Below are positions 20,276 to 29,543 of a stretch of DNA of 49,960 nt, one piece after another. The stretch lies in contig PAWD01000008.1 in assembly GCA_002713325.1 (NCBI GenBank), positions 138,428 through 188,387 of the forward strand, in the 5' to 3' direction. The stretch comes from Nitrososphaerota archaeon (GTDB lineage: Archaea > Thermoproteota > Nitrososphaeria > Nitrososphaerales > UBA213). Every line of letters begins with the position of its first letter. Within the stretch, counting starts at the first letter, position 1. The notes under the pieces are model-generated. The model was not told where the DNA came from. It made no database searches and was given only the letters and a program-made list of their open reading frames with translations. The translations under genes and the position numbers were made by a program.

Positions 20276-20414
20276 TTTAGAGAATAAATTTCTACTCAAT
20301 TACCCTAAAAGGTTTCAAGTATAGAACAAGTAATTATCTCTTTGAAATGATAAGACCAGTGTATAGTACCTACGTCATAGCTTTGTTTTCAGAAAAAGAA
20401 TGCCGGTAGGAGAC

Positions 20415-21392
20415 TCATAACACAGAAGGTACAGGTTTAACCAGATCAACAACATCAATCCAACATCGGGCAATATTATCCATCGCATAAATTATACTCA
20501 GTATATTCACGGGAGCGTTTTGTTTTGTGATTTCAAGAAGATCGTTGAACCTCGCATATTGCTTTATCGCTTCTATCGAATCTACTCTGTTTTTCCTTGC
20601 AAATGCCCTTATTGCAGTATCCTGCAGTATTTCTATACGTTCACCAACATTTTTAAGTTCTCCATATTTCTTCAATTGATTAGAAGAAATCGCCTTTGCA
20701 AGATCTACTATAGTATCACCAGCACTTTCAAAAAGATTTGCCGCAATTCTGTAATCAAGAATATCAATATTAACAAGATCAAGTTTGCTTGCAAGTTTTG
20801 GATCCATAATTGCACTCCTGATTAAGCGTACAAGTAAAAAATACTGTCTATCTACCTCGTCATCCCTTCTAGCAATTATTCTCAACAGATTAGGGTCTTT
20901 GTTTGTTAATGACGCTAAAGTATCCTTATACATTCCAGATATAATAGAATTCATTCGATATAGGATCTTTGCTGGATCAAGTGTTGCAGCATCCAATAAA
21001 AATTGTGCGGTTATTTTATATATGTCTTCATCAACTATTTCCATGCCAACCATCTTCCCAATTATTTCCTTTATTATCTCCCTATCATCATATGATATCT
21101 GCGATCTACTATTCACTTTGATAATATCATAACCCAGTAGATATGCACCTGTGATTTCATTCACTATGGCTTCTGCGTATTTTGATGGATATTGAATAAC
21201 AATTTCCTTGGATTCATCCTGCTCTGTTCCAGATGGATATACAACAATAGCATCATCACTTCCGGTCTCGATTACAACAGTATTACCTTTATCCAACTTG
21301 TTATGTTTTATCCATTCCTTTGGTAATGATACCAAAATACTACTGCCTATCCTCTGCAATCGTCTAGCATACTTGGCCATATTTATATACAT
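20415..21392 (-). CDS. AbrB/SpoVT-domain + tandem PhoU-domain regulator
   Basis: The N-terminus LQRIGSSILVSLPKEWIKHNKL is an AbrB-like swapped-hairpin motif. It is followed by ~220 aa of helical PhoU-like repeats. The likely true start is ATG 21380 (MAKYARRL). Confidence 0.75.
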   Translation of the reverse strand: MYINMAKYARRLQRIGSSILVSLPKEWIKHNKLDKGNTVVIETGSDDAIVVYPSGTEQDESKEIVIQYPSKYAEAIVNEITGAYLLGYDIIKVNSRSQISYDDREIIKEIIGKMVGMEIVDEDIYKITAQFLLDAATLDPAKILYRMNSIISGMYKDTLASLTNKDPNLLRIIARRDDEVDRQYFLLVRLIRSAIMDPKLASKLDLVNIDILDYRIAANLFESAGDTIVDLAKAISSNQLKKYGELKNVGERIEILQDTAIRAFARKNRVDSIEAIKQYARFNDLLEITKQNAPVNILSIIYAMDNIARCWIDVVDLVKPVPSVL

Positions 21393-21461
21393 TTATACTT
21401 TTTTATATATTTATACTTTTTATACATTATTTATATATATTCATTAAAGATATTTTCATAC
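21381..21461. promoter_or_regulatory. Divergent promoter region with two perfect 13-nt direct repeats
   Basis: ATTTATACTTTTT occurs at 21391-21403 and 21409-21421, plus further TATA-like units. TTTATATATA lies ~25 nt upstream of ATG 21462. Confidence 0.4.
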
Positions 21462-22349
21462 ATGCAGGCTGAAGCATTCTCCCCAGGTCATATTACAGGA
21501 TTTGCTCAATTTCCCATCACACAAAAGGATCCATTACTCAATGGATCACTTGGAGCTGGTTTCTGTATCAATAAGGGTGTCAAGACAACAGTAAATATTG
21601 AAAACTCAAATAAAAATAATTATTCCATATTGATCAATGGGAAAATAGTTAATGATGTAGAAGTATCAAGGTATGTAGTTAATGAATACATACCACTTAT
21701 GAATAAAAAATATAAAATAACTATTGAGCATCAATCGGGAATTCCAATTGGTTATGGTTTAGGTTCTAGTGGAGCAGCTGCATTAAGTTTATCACTTGCA
21801 CTCAACGAAGCTCTTGGAACGCCGTTAAGTCATGTAGAGGCTGCACAAATCGCACATAAAGCAGACTTTACATGTAAATGTGGTCTTGGTACAGTGCTTG
21901 CAGAATTTCATGGTGGATTTGAAATGAGACTAGCTGTAGGCGCACCAGGAATTGGTATGGTAGAAAAAATTCAATTGAGTAATAGAAAAGTAATACTATT
22001 TTGTATTGCTCCTGTCTCAACCAAAGATTTCCTGACAAATAAAATACAACTTATAAACGGAATTGGTGGAGCAATGCTTACAAAACTAAGTAAGACGAGA
22101 TCTATCGATGATTTTATGCATATGTCGTTACAGTTTGCTAGATCTATAGATTTTATGAGTAATAAATGTAGGAACCTTATTGAAGATTTTCTTGCAAATG
22201 GTTACATGTGTTCTACAGCAATGTTTGGTGAAACGATATTTTCCATAATCAAGAATAATGATGTGAAAGACGTACAGAAAATTTTTGGTAAATATGATTC
22301 CAATATGCTTGTGTGCGATATTGATAATGATGGAGCTAGTGTATGTTAA
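21462..22349 (+). CDS. Pantoate kinase (archaeal CoA pathway, GHMP kinase family)
   Basis: N-terminal FSPGHITGF and the GHMP motif GYGLGSSGAAALS. Directly upstream of, and overlapping, the phosphopantothenate synthetase gene. Confidence 0.7.
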   Translation: MQAEAFSPGHITGFAQFPITQKDPLLNGSLGAGFCINKGVKTTVNIENSNKNNYSILINGKIVNDVEVSRYVVNEYIPLMNKKYKITIEHQSGIPIGYGLGSSGAAALSLSLALNEALGTPLSHVEAAQIAHKADFTCKCGLGTVLAEFHGGFEMRLAVGAPGIGMVEKIQLSNRKVILFCIAPVSTKDFLTNKIQLINGIGGAMLTKLSKTRSIDDFMHMSLQFARSIDFMSNKCRNLIEDFLANGYMCSTAMFGETIFSIIKNNDVKDVQKIFGKYDSNMLVCDIDNDGASVC

Positions 22350-23098
22350 CAAATATTCCATATAACCATCCTAGGGCAGGATCTTTACATATAAGGGAAA
22401 TGTTGGTAGAGGGTTTAAGAAATGGTATTGTTGCTCACGAAGGTCTGATTGCACATGGAAGAGGCGAAGCATTTGACTATCTAATTGGAGAAAAAACCAC
22501 AAAGGAAGCAGTCAAGGCTATGAAATCGGCTGTTGCTCTCATGTTGTTAGCAGAAAGAAAAACTATCTCGGTAAACGGAAACACTGCGTGTTTATGCGCA
22601 AAAGAAATCGTGGAACTTGCTGAAGTTACTGTGGCAAGGATAGAGGTTAACCTGTTTCATAGAAGTGTGAAAAGGGAAACTGCCATAGAAAAATTATTGA
22701 TTGCAAATGGTGCAAAAAATATTCTCGGTGTTGATAGTAGAACATCTGTAAATATTCCCAAACTTATGAGTGATAGGAGAAGAGTTGATCCTGAAGGCAT
22801 CTACGAGGCAGATGTAGTACTGATTCCGCTGGAAGATGGAGATAGAACTGAAGCATTGGTGAACATGGGAAAGAATGTAATTACTATAGATCTAAATCCT
22901 CTATCAAGAACTGCCCGGAAAGCAAATATGACCATAGTTGATAATGTAATTAGAGTAATGCCCAAGATGATAGAACTTGCTAAGCAAATGAAAAAAATGA
23001 ATAAAAGTAAATTGAAAAGAATTACACATAATTTTGATAATAAAAAAAACCTTGCTATCAGCTTGCAATGTATTCTGAATGGACTGAAGGCGAACTAG
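22343..23098 (+). CDS. Phosphopantothenate synthetase (4-phosphopantoate--beta-alanine ligase, archaeal)
   Basis: HPRAGSLHIRE ... GLIAHGRGEAFDYLIGEKT ... ISVNGNTA ... IPLEDGDRTEAL ... IDLNPLSRTA blocks are characteristic of the archaeal enzyme family. Confidence 0.8.
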   Translation: MLTNIPYNHPRAGSLHIREMLVEGLRNGIVAHEGLIAHGRGEAFDYLIGEKTTKEAVKAMKSAVALMLLAERKTISVNGNTACLCAKEIVELAEVTVARIEVNLFHRSVKRETAIEKLLIANGAKNILGVDSRTSVNIPKLMSDRRRVDPEGIYEADVVLIPLEDGDRTEALVNMGKNVITIDLNPLSRTARKANMTIVDNVIRVMPKMIELAKQMKKMNKSKLKRITHNFDNKKNLAISLQCILNGLKAN

Positions 23099-23965
23099 AT
23101 GGAAGGCTACAAGGCAAAAGTTACAGTTGACGAGATCGTCTCCATGAAGAAAAAGAGTAAGATAACTATGCTTACTGCATATGATTTTACCACTGCAACA
23201 ATTTGCGATAAAGCCGGTGTTGATGTTTTGTTAGTTGGTGACAGTGCAGGTATGGTGATGCTTGGCTACAATACAACAACACCTGTAACTATAGACGAGA
23301 TGATGTTATTCTGCAAGGCAGTCGTAAGGGGAAGTAGACATGCAATGGTGGTAGCGGATATGCCGTTCATGTCATACCAAGTTGATGTTACTGAAGCTGT
23401 TAGAAACGCATGTATTTTTGTCAAAGAAGCTGGTGTTGATGCTGTCAAGATCGAGGGAGGAGAAGAAATGGTCGATACTATAAGGGCAATTGTTAGAGCT
23501 GGAATACCTGTTATGGGTCATATCGGATTGAAACCGCAGACTGCTATGCTTTGGCAGGGATACAAAGTGCAAGGGAAGTGCAAGGAATCAGCACTTCAAC
23601 TTGTACGTGATGCTAAAGCAATTGAAAAGGCTGGTGTTTACTGCATTGTTCTTGAGAAGGTAGTAGTTGAAGTTGCAAAGATAATCACTGATATGGTGAA
23701 AGTACCTACAATAGGAATTGGTGCAGGTAATGTTTGTGATGGACAGGTTCTCGTTATTCATGATCTGCTTGGCTTGTATGAACAGATGAAACCAAAGTTT
23801 GTTAAAAGATATGCTGAATTAGCACAAAAAATGACAAAAGCGTTAATTTCCTTCAAAAATGATGTTATGAGTGAAAGGTTTCCATCAGATGAAAATGTAT
23901 TCCATATGGATACGAATGAGCATGATAAATTAATGAAAGAATTAGGTGATATAAAGAATGAATGA
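23099..23965 (+). CDS. panB: Ketopantoate hydroxymethyltransferase
   Basis: MLTAYDFTTA, LLVGDSAGMV, KIEGG blocks; 288 aa. Confidence 0.9.
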   Translation: MEGYKAKVTVDEIVSMKKKSKITMLTAYDFTTATICDKAGVDVLLVGDSAGMVMLGYNTTTPVTIDEMMLFCKAVVRGSRHAMVVADMPFMSYQVDVTEAVRNACIFVKEAGVDAVKIEGGEEMVDTIRAIVRAGIPVMGHIGLKPQTAMLWQGYKVQGKCKESALQLVRDAKAIEKAGVYCIVLEKVVVEVAKIITDMVKVPTIGIGAGNVCDGQVLVIHDLLGLYEQMKPKFVKRYAELAQKMTKALISFKNDVMSERFPSDENVFHMDTNEHDKLMKELGDIKNE

Positions 23966-25193
23966 ACATCCTTCAAAGGATATTGTTGGTTCTGATGGAA
24001 AAGAGTTGAAAGGAAAAAGGATTGTTTTGTGTATTAGCGCGAGTGTAGCTGCATATAAAGCAGTAGATCTAGCGAGGTTATTGATACGTCATGGTGCTGA
24101 TGTTCATGTTGTTATGAGTAAATCATCAAAGATACTTCTGACTCCTGATCTTATGAAGTGGGCTACTGGAAATGAGGTAGTTGATGAACTCACGTGGAAA
24201 CTGGAACATATACAGCTTGCGAATTATGGAGTATCTGATCTGATTATGTACTATCCATGTACAGGTAATACTTTGAGTAAAATAGCCAATGGAATTGATG
24301 ATACGCCAGTTACATCAATAGCAAGTGTTGCGTTGGGTTCAAAAATTCCTATAATGATAGCACTTGCTATGCATGAGTCCATGTATGAGAATCCAGTTCT
24401 AAAGGATAATATAGAAAAACTGAAAGGGTTAGTTGAATTTATAGAACCAAATATCATAGAGGGCAAAGCGAAGGTTGCTGAGTCCGAAGTAGTTCTGAAT
24501 GCTATTTTAGCCAAATTTGATAGTAATTCAAAACTGAAGAGGAAAAATGTTCTTATCACTGCTGGTGCTACGATTGAATACATAGATCCTATAAGAGTAA
24601 TAACCAATCCTGCCTCAGGTAAACTTGGTACTGCAATTGCCGAAGAAGCGAACAGACTTGGTGTTAATGTTACTATGATCTGCGGACGGGGATCTACTAT
24701 TATGCCCAATAATGTGCGAATGATTAAAGTTAATACTAGTGATGAGATGATGGATACGGTCATTGATGAGTTACAGAATAACAATTACGATATTGCGATT
24801 ATGACTGCTGCTGTTTCAGACTTCAAGCCTGAAAGATTCAACTATGAAAAAATAGACACGAGAAGTAATGAACAGATCATCATTAAATTAAAAACTACAA
24901 GCAAGATAGTAGATAAGATTAAGAAAGTTAGTCCTCAAACATTCTTGATTGTCTTCAAGGCTGACTTCAATGTAGAAAATGAACAGTTGGTGAAGACAGC
25001 ATATACTAAAATGAAGGAATGTAATGCCGATATGATAGTTGCCAATGATGTTGGAAGGAAAGGATCCGGAATGGATTCAGACAACATAGAAGTTTTTCTG
25101 ATTTCAAAGGATAAAAGAATTATTCATATACCATTACAAAGCAAGAAAGCTACAGCTAAAAAATTACTTGAAGAAGTATTACCATATTTCTAA
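23958..25193 (+). CDS. coaBC: Bifunctional phosphopantothenoylcysteine decarboxylase/synthetase
   Basis: 411 aa. N-terminal flavoprotein domain (GKRIVLCISASVAAYKAVDLARLL) plus a C-terminal DFP/CoaB domain (AAVSDFKP). Overlaps panB by 8 nt. Confidence 0.9.
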   Translation: MNEHPSKDIVGSDGKELKGKRIVLCISASVAAYKAVDLARLLIRHGADVHVVMSKSSKILLTPDLMKWATGNEVVDELTWKLEHIQLANYGVSDLIMYYPCTGNTLSKIANGIDDTPVTSIASVALGSKIPIMIALAMHESMYENPVLKDNIEKLKGLVEFIEPNIIEGKAKVAESEVVLNAILAKFDSNSKLKRKNVLITAGATIEYIDPIRVITNPASGKLGTAIAEEANRLGVNVTMICGRGSTIMPNNVRMIKVNTSDEMMDTVIDELQNNNYDIAIMTAAVSDFKPERFNYEKIDTRSNEQIIIKLKTTSKIVDKIKKVSPQTFLIVFKADFNVENEQLVKTAYTKMKECNADMIVANDVGRKGSGMDSDNIEVFLISKDKRIIHIPLQSKKATAKKLLEEVLPYF

Positions 25194-25516
25194 ATTTAAT
25201 CAAGATTTAGATAATTCTCTATTTTAATGAGGTGGTGTAAAGTTCTGATGCAATAATTATAACAGGCTTACAAAGATCGTTGTCTGTCTATATCCAGTTT
25301 TTGTGGATATTACCAGTTAATTCTAGTGCTCTACTAATCTCAACACATAATATTCAAACACCAATAATTTATTAGAGATTTACTTTAAATACAGTAATCT
25401 TCCCTCTAGCTTAACATAGAAAGTTTTTCCGTATATTCATTTCATTATGAATTTCACAAATTAAATTGTTATACAAATAGAATCCAATTCAATAAAAAAT
25501 TGATGAGGTTAGTACC

Positions 25517-25822
25517 TCAACTAAATGATATTGTTGGAATTTGTTCTGATGAGTTTGAGGGAATGTCAGCGGTTGGTTCGGACAGGACTTCAGAATCAAT
25601 ACATACGAGTGTATGACCGATAGAAACACCTCGTATAGAAGAAATTCTCTGTAATGCAATATCAGATACATGTTTCAGGTCTCTTCCCTCCACTGTAACT
25701 AATATGTCTGCACGACCTATTACTCTACACGCTTCCTTCACACCATCCGATCTCTTTATACTCTCAACGATCTTCTCTACATCGCTTCCCGGCTCGACAT
25801 GAATCTCTATGTAGGCTTTCAA
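25517..25822 (-). CDS. Stand-alone Lrp/AsnC-type RAM (ligand-binding) domain protein
   Basis: MKAYIEIHVEPGSDVEKIVESIKRSDGVKEACRVIGRADILVTVEGRDLKHV... is a beta-alpha-beta-beta-alpha-beta pattern without an HTH domain. Confidence 0.55.
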   Translation of the reverse strand: MKAYIEIHVEPGSDVEKIVESIKRSDGVKEACRVIGRADILVTVEGRDLKHVSDIALQRISSIRGVSIGHTLVCIDSEVLSEPTADIPSNSSEQIPTISFS

Positions 25823-26342
25823 TGCTTACCATTAACCACTATTATAGTACTTGTTTAAAGAGCACTGTTGAAAAAAGACTATTTATCTACTCAATAAAAT
25901 TATACAGTTATCATAATAAAGAAATCACCAATCCTTCCAAACATTCAAAATTGAAGTTGCCTTACACTGATCACATTTTCTATAATCCGTCTCATTTGAT
26001 AGTATATTTACAACGTAGTAACTTGGTGCTCTCTCATTAACAAAAATCTAGTCATATATACTTCATATGTTAAGTATGTAGAGATACATTTCTCAATTCT
26101 ACAACACTTACTTGTAGAAAATGATTAATTTATCATAATAACCAAATACGACAATATTTATCAAATATAGATAGACCGGTAGAGATTGAAATGTTTGATT
26201 ATTTTATACTCTGTTAATTTCTTTATCCCATGCCCGTAGTACTACATTAACACACAAATTCTTGACTGTCTTGATGAATGTTCTAAGACAGCATATTGTA
26301 AAACATTGGGATGTAAAAGTAAGTAATTAATATCATATAATT

Positions 26343-27398
26343 TTAAAGTATTATCATTTTTTTCGTGTATCTATTCAGATTCTTCGTCTTTTCTCCCACT
26401 ACAATGCTATCCTCTATTCTTACACCAAATTTGTTTGGAATGTATACTCCCGGCTCTATAGTGATTATCATATTTTTTTCTAATACCTCCTTGTTTTTAG
26501 TTCTGATCCATGGTCGTTCATGTACTTCCAAACCAATACCATGACCCGCTGAGTGTATGAAGTATTTTCCATAACCTTTTCTCTCTATCAATGAACGGCA
26601 TGTATTGTCAACTTCACCGCAAATTGCTCCAGTTTTAACAGCATCCAGCCCAGCTTCTTGCGCTTCTTCCACTACACCATATATTTTTCTTATCTCAGAA
26701 CTTATCCTTCCAATGGCAAAAGTTCTAGTTGCATCAGCAACATATCCTTTATGTCTTAACGTCAGGTCTACTGTTATAACATCACCATTTCTAATATTCC
26801 TGTTGGTGGGCTCAGCATGCGGCAGTGTGGAGTTTATACCAGAAGCTACTATTAATGGAGACAATGTATACTTATACGAAGGAGGATACGCTCCCATTTT
26901 CATAGCTTCGTAAAGCAAAGTAGCTTGCAAATATTTTTCCGTAACATTAACCCTAATAATTTTCTCACATAGTGCAAATAATTTATCAAGAATATTTGCT
27001 GTGTGAGCTACAATCTTTATTTCATTGTCGTCCTTGATTTTCCGAGAATGGTAAAATACCTCTGTTGAATAAATAAGTTCAGTTTTCTTCTCTATAACCT
27101 TAAATGTAGTTATATCATTGCAATCTGTACATGTAGTATCATTAGTTAGGTTCGAAAGTAATATTTCGATCATGTTACTACCGCGTTCTGTCGGTATTAC
27201 CTCGCATTTTTCACTATCTTTTTTAGCTCTTTCAATTTCAAGTTTTGGTGTTATTAGTTTCACACCATCTTTATTTATAATTGCTACAGCTTCGCCCCAG
27301 AAACCTGTTGTATAAAATACATTTTCTGGTTCAAAGGCAATCAAACTATTACATTTAATTTTTGCAGCTTCCTTAAGCAATACCTTACTTCTATCCAT
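26343..27398 (-). CDS. M24-family Xaa-Pro peptidase
   Basis: Pita-bread fold metal ligands: DVITVDL ... DATRTF ... HSAGHGIGLEVHE ... IEPGVY ... RIED. Confidence 0.85.
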   Translation of the reverse strand: MDRSKVLLKEAAKIKCNSLIAFEPENVFYTTGFWGEAVAIINKDGVKLITPKLEIERAKKDSEKCEVIPTERGSNMIEILLSNLTNDTTCTDCNDITTFKVIEKKTELIYSTEVFYHSRKIKDDNEIKIVAHTANILDKLFALCEKIIRVNVTEKYLQATLLYEAMKMGAYPPSYKYTLSPLIVASGINSTLPHAEPTNRNIRNGDVITVDLTLRHKGYVADATRTFAIGRISSEIRKIYGVVEEAQEAGLDAVKTGAICGEVDNTCRSLIERKGYGKYFIHSAGHGIGLEVHERPWIRTKNKEVLEKNMIITIEPGVYIPNKFGVRIEDSIVVGEKTKNLNRYTKKMIIL

Positions 27399-27513
27399 AT
27401 TGATGATATGACGAAGTTTACTTTTTAGTTTTACTTACGGCAAATTTTCTTTCACAGTTACTAAGATATTTTACATATTATACCTTTTATGCACTACTTG
27501 CATTCTTCAGGCG

Positions 27514-27945
27514 TTGACAATAACAAATATTCAATATATAAGGCGGAAACACATTCCTTTACATTCGTATAAAAACAACTATGATCAAAATAGTAACAAG
27601 CTATGTTTGAACTGTAATAAACCAGTTCTAGGTAGAAGATCAGATGCAAAGTACTGCTCTAACGATTGTTCTTGGGATTTTTACGTTAAGAACAATTGGC
27701 GCTTGTTAAGAATAAAAATAATGCGAAGGGATAAATTTACATGTCAACAATGTGGAGATAAAAGAAATAGGATCAAAGTAAATGAGAGGAGTAGAAGAAA
27801 TTTCCAAGTTGATCATAAAATACCAGTATTCAAAGGAGGAAAACAGCTTGAAGAATCAAATTTATGGACGTTATGCATTAAATGCCATCTAGCAAAAACA
27901 CGTTCAGAATTAAGAGAGAGATCTTATACTAAAAACAACAAATGA
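27514..27945 (+). CDS. HNH endonuclease with N-terminal zinc ribbon
   Basis: CLNCNKP...KYCSNDC zinc ribbon, then CQQCG ... VDHKIPVFKGG ... NLWTLCIKCHLAKT. There is no in-frame ATG before the zinc ribbon, so the start must be TTG (27514 or 27607). Confidence 0.7.
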   Translation: MTITNIQYIRRKHIPLHSYKNNYDQNSNKLCLNCNKPVLGRRSDAKYCSNDCSWDFYVKNNWRLLRIKIMRRDKFTCQQCGDKRNRIKVNERSRRNFQVDHKIPVFKGGKQLEESNLWTLCIKCHLAKTRSELRERSYTKNNK

Positions 27946-28131
27946 AGTTATCTTCCATATCTACAAACATGTAAGTAAAAATAAGTCTATTAGTTGGTGT
28001 TCATTTTAATGCCTTAGCCAGACGTATTTTACACTGATTTTACCTTCTTTTCTATTTCTGAATGTATAATGCTCTAGGCATTGAATCTAATTTTTAACAT
28101 TTACATATATGTGATTTGAAATACTTATAGA

Positions 28132-29148
28132 ATGGAAGAAAAGAACAAGGAGAAACCAAAAGCCGTGGCGTTATTATCTGGTGGACTGGATAGTACTTTA
28201 GCTGTTAAATTAATGAAGGAACAGAATATCGATGTTAAAGCAATTGCCATAAAAACTCCCTTTTGTGATTTTGATTGTGGACACGGATGTGGCTTTAAAG
28301 TTAAGGAAGTAGCTGAAAAGCTTGACGTAGAGTTGAAAACATTCTATCTTGGTGATGAATACTTAGAGATGTTAAAGAATCCAAAACATGGTTACGGCTC
28401 TGGTATGAATCCATGTATAGATTGCAGAGAGATGATGTTCAACGTTGCCAAAGATTACATGCAAGAGATCGATGCCAAATTTATTATCACTGGTGAAGTT
28501 TTGGAGCAGAGACCTATGAGTCAGAATCCAAGAGCATTAAAGATCATTGAACAGGAATCAGGGTTAGAAGGAAAGGTGTTAAGACCATTATCAGCTAAAC
28601 ACCTGAAAGAAACTGAAGCGGAAAAGACAGGTTTGGTAAAAAGGGAACAATTGTTGAATATAAAGGGGAGAACAAGAAAAAATCAGATAGAACTTGCAAA
28701 GAATCTTGGTATCACAGACTATCCCAATGCAGCTGGTGGTTGTCTATTAACAGATCCACAGTTTGCAAGGAAAGCAAAGGATCTTTTTAAGCATATTGAA
28801 AAACCAACATTGAATGATACCGAATTGTTGAAAGTTGGAAGACATTTTAGAATGAATAATAAGTCTAAATTAATTGTCGGAAGAAACAAAGAAGAAAATG
28901 ATGTTATCAGTTCATTAGCTTTACCTGATGGTCTTCTGTTAGAGGTCAAGGATTACACGGGACCGGTAGCGTTACTATATGGTAATTATGATGAAAATGT
29001 AATACAATTGGCATCTTCTATAGTACATAGATATTCAGATGCCCCTAACGATGAAGAATGCGTTGTAATAACCAATAATAACAATAACTTGAAGGAGATT
29101 TTTGCCTCATTAATAACTGATGAACAGCTAAATTCATATAGAATTTAG
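28132..29148 (+). CDS. PP-loop ATP pyrophosphatase, ThiI/MnmA-like predicted (t)RNA sulfurtransferase
   Basis: SGGLDS PP-loop (AVALLSGGLDSTLA), NPCIDCREMMF, ITGEVLEQRPMSQ, VLRPL blocks; 338 aa. No THUMP domain seen. Exact subfamily not resolved. Confidence 0.6.
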   Translation: MEEKNKEKPKAVALLSGGLDSTLAVKLMKEQNIDVKAIAIKTPFCDFDCGHGCGFKVKEVAEKLDVELKTFYLGDEYLEMLKNPKHGYGSGMNPCIDCREMMFNVAKDYMQEIDAKFIITGEVLEQRPMSQNPRALKIIEQESGLEGKVLRPLSAKHLKETEAEKTGLVKREQLLNIKGRTRKNQIELAKNLGITDYPNAAGGCLLTDPQFARKAKDLFKHIEKPTLNDTELLKVGRHFRMNNKSKLIVGRNKEENDVISSLALPDGLLLEVKDYTGPVALLYGNYDENVIQLASSIVHRYSDAPNDEECVVITNNNNNLKEIFASLITDEQLNSYRI

Positions 29149-29218
29149 TCTCTTTTAGCTTCATGTTAAGTAGTGTTGATGGGCAAGGATATGTGCTAAG
29201 AAGAGGTGTTACAAGTTA

Positions 29219-29497
29219 ATGCAAGAGCATAAACAACCAACTTATGTGAAATCTATAACATTAAGAGATCCAACTGATGTTGACGAAATTAAACTTGATA
29301 TGAAAAAACACAATGTGGTCATAATTAGAGTTACACCATTAGCGCAAAAAGATATTGATGAATTAAAAAAAGTTGTAAAAGAACTTTACGAATTTACACA
29401 ATCAATTGGTGGTGATATTGCAAGACTTGGTGAAGAAAGAATTGTTCTAACTCCTCCAGGCGTTAAAGTCTGGAAGGGAGTATCTGATATGAAGTAA
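29219..29497 (+). CDS. sepF: SepF-like (DUF552) core-domain protein
   Basis: 92 aa. The pattern YVKSITLRDPTDVDEIKLDMKKHNVVIIRVTPL ... ELYEFTQSIGGDIARLGEERIVLTPPGVKV matches the SepF core layout. No N-terminal amphipathic helix is evident. Confidence 0.5.
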   Translation: MQEHKQPTYVKSITLRDPTDVDEIKLDMKKHNVVIIRVTPLAQKDIDELKKVVKELYEFTQSIGGDIARLGEERIVLTPPGVKVWKGVSDMK

Positions 29498-29543
29498 TTT
29501 TGATATAATTTAATTTTAAGCAAAATGAATATTAGATTAGTAA

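Noticed and set aside
21381-21440. Repetitive ATTTATAC-type units considered as a possible mini-CRISPR or satellite.
   Set aside because: There are only two perfect 13-nt copies and no unique spacers of CRISPR size. The location in a divergent promoter fits TATA or operator elements instead.
24251-24784. 177-aa minus-strand ORF.
   Set aside because: It is antisense to the well-conserved coaBC gene. The translation is Ser/Ile-rich with no motifs.
25489-26040. The 60-aa minus-strand ORF 25489..25671 (overlapping the 3' end of the RAM-domain gene in another frame) and the 72-aa plus-strand ORF 25822..26040 (in the spacer upstream of it).
   Set aside because: Both are low-complexity AT-rich translations. 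One overlaps the better-supported RAM-domain frame.
26266-26291. 7-bp stem hairpin (CTGTCTT-12 nt-AAGACAG) downstream of the M24 peptidase gene, considered as a terminator.
   Set aside because: It is short and is not followed by an oligo-T tract on the relevant strand. Archaeal termination does not require hairpins.
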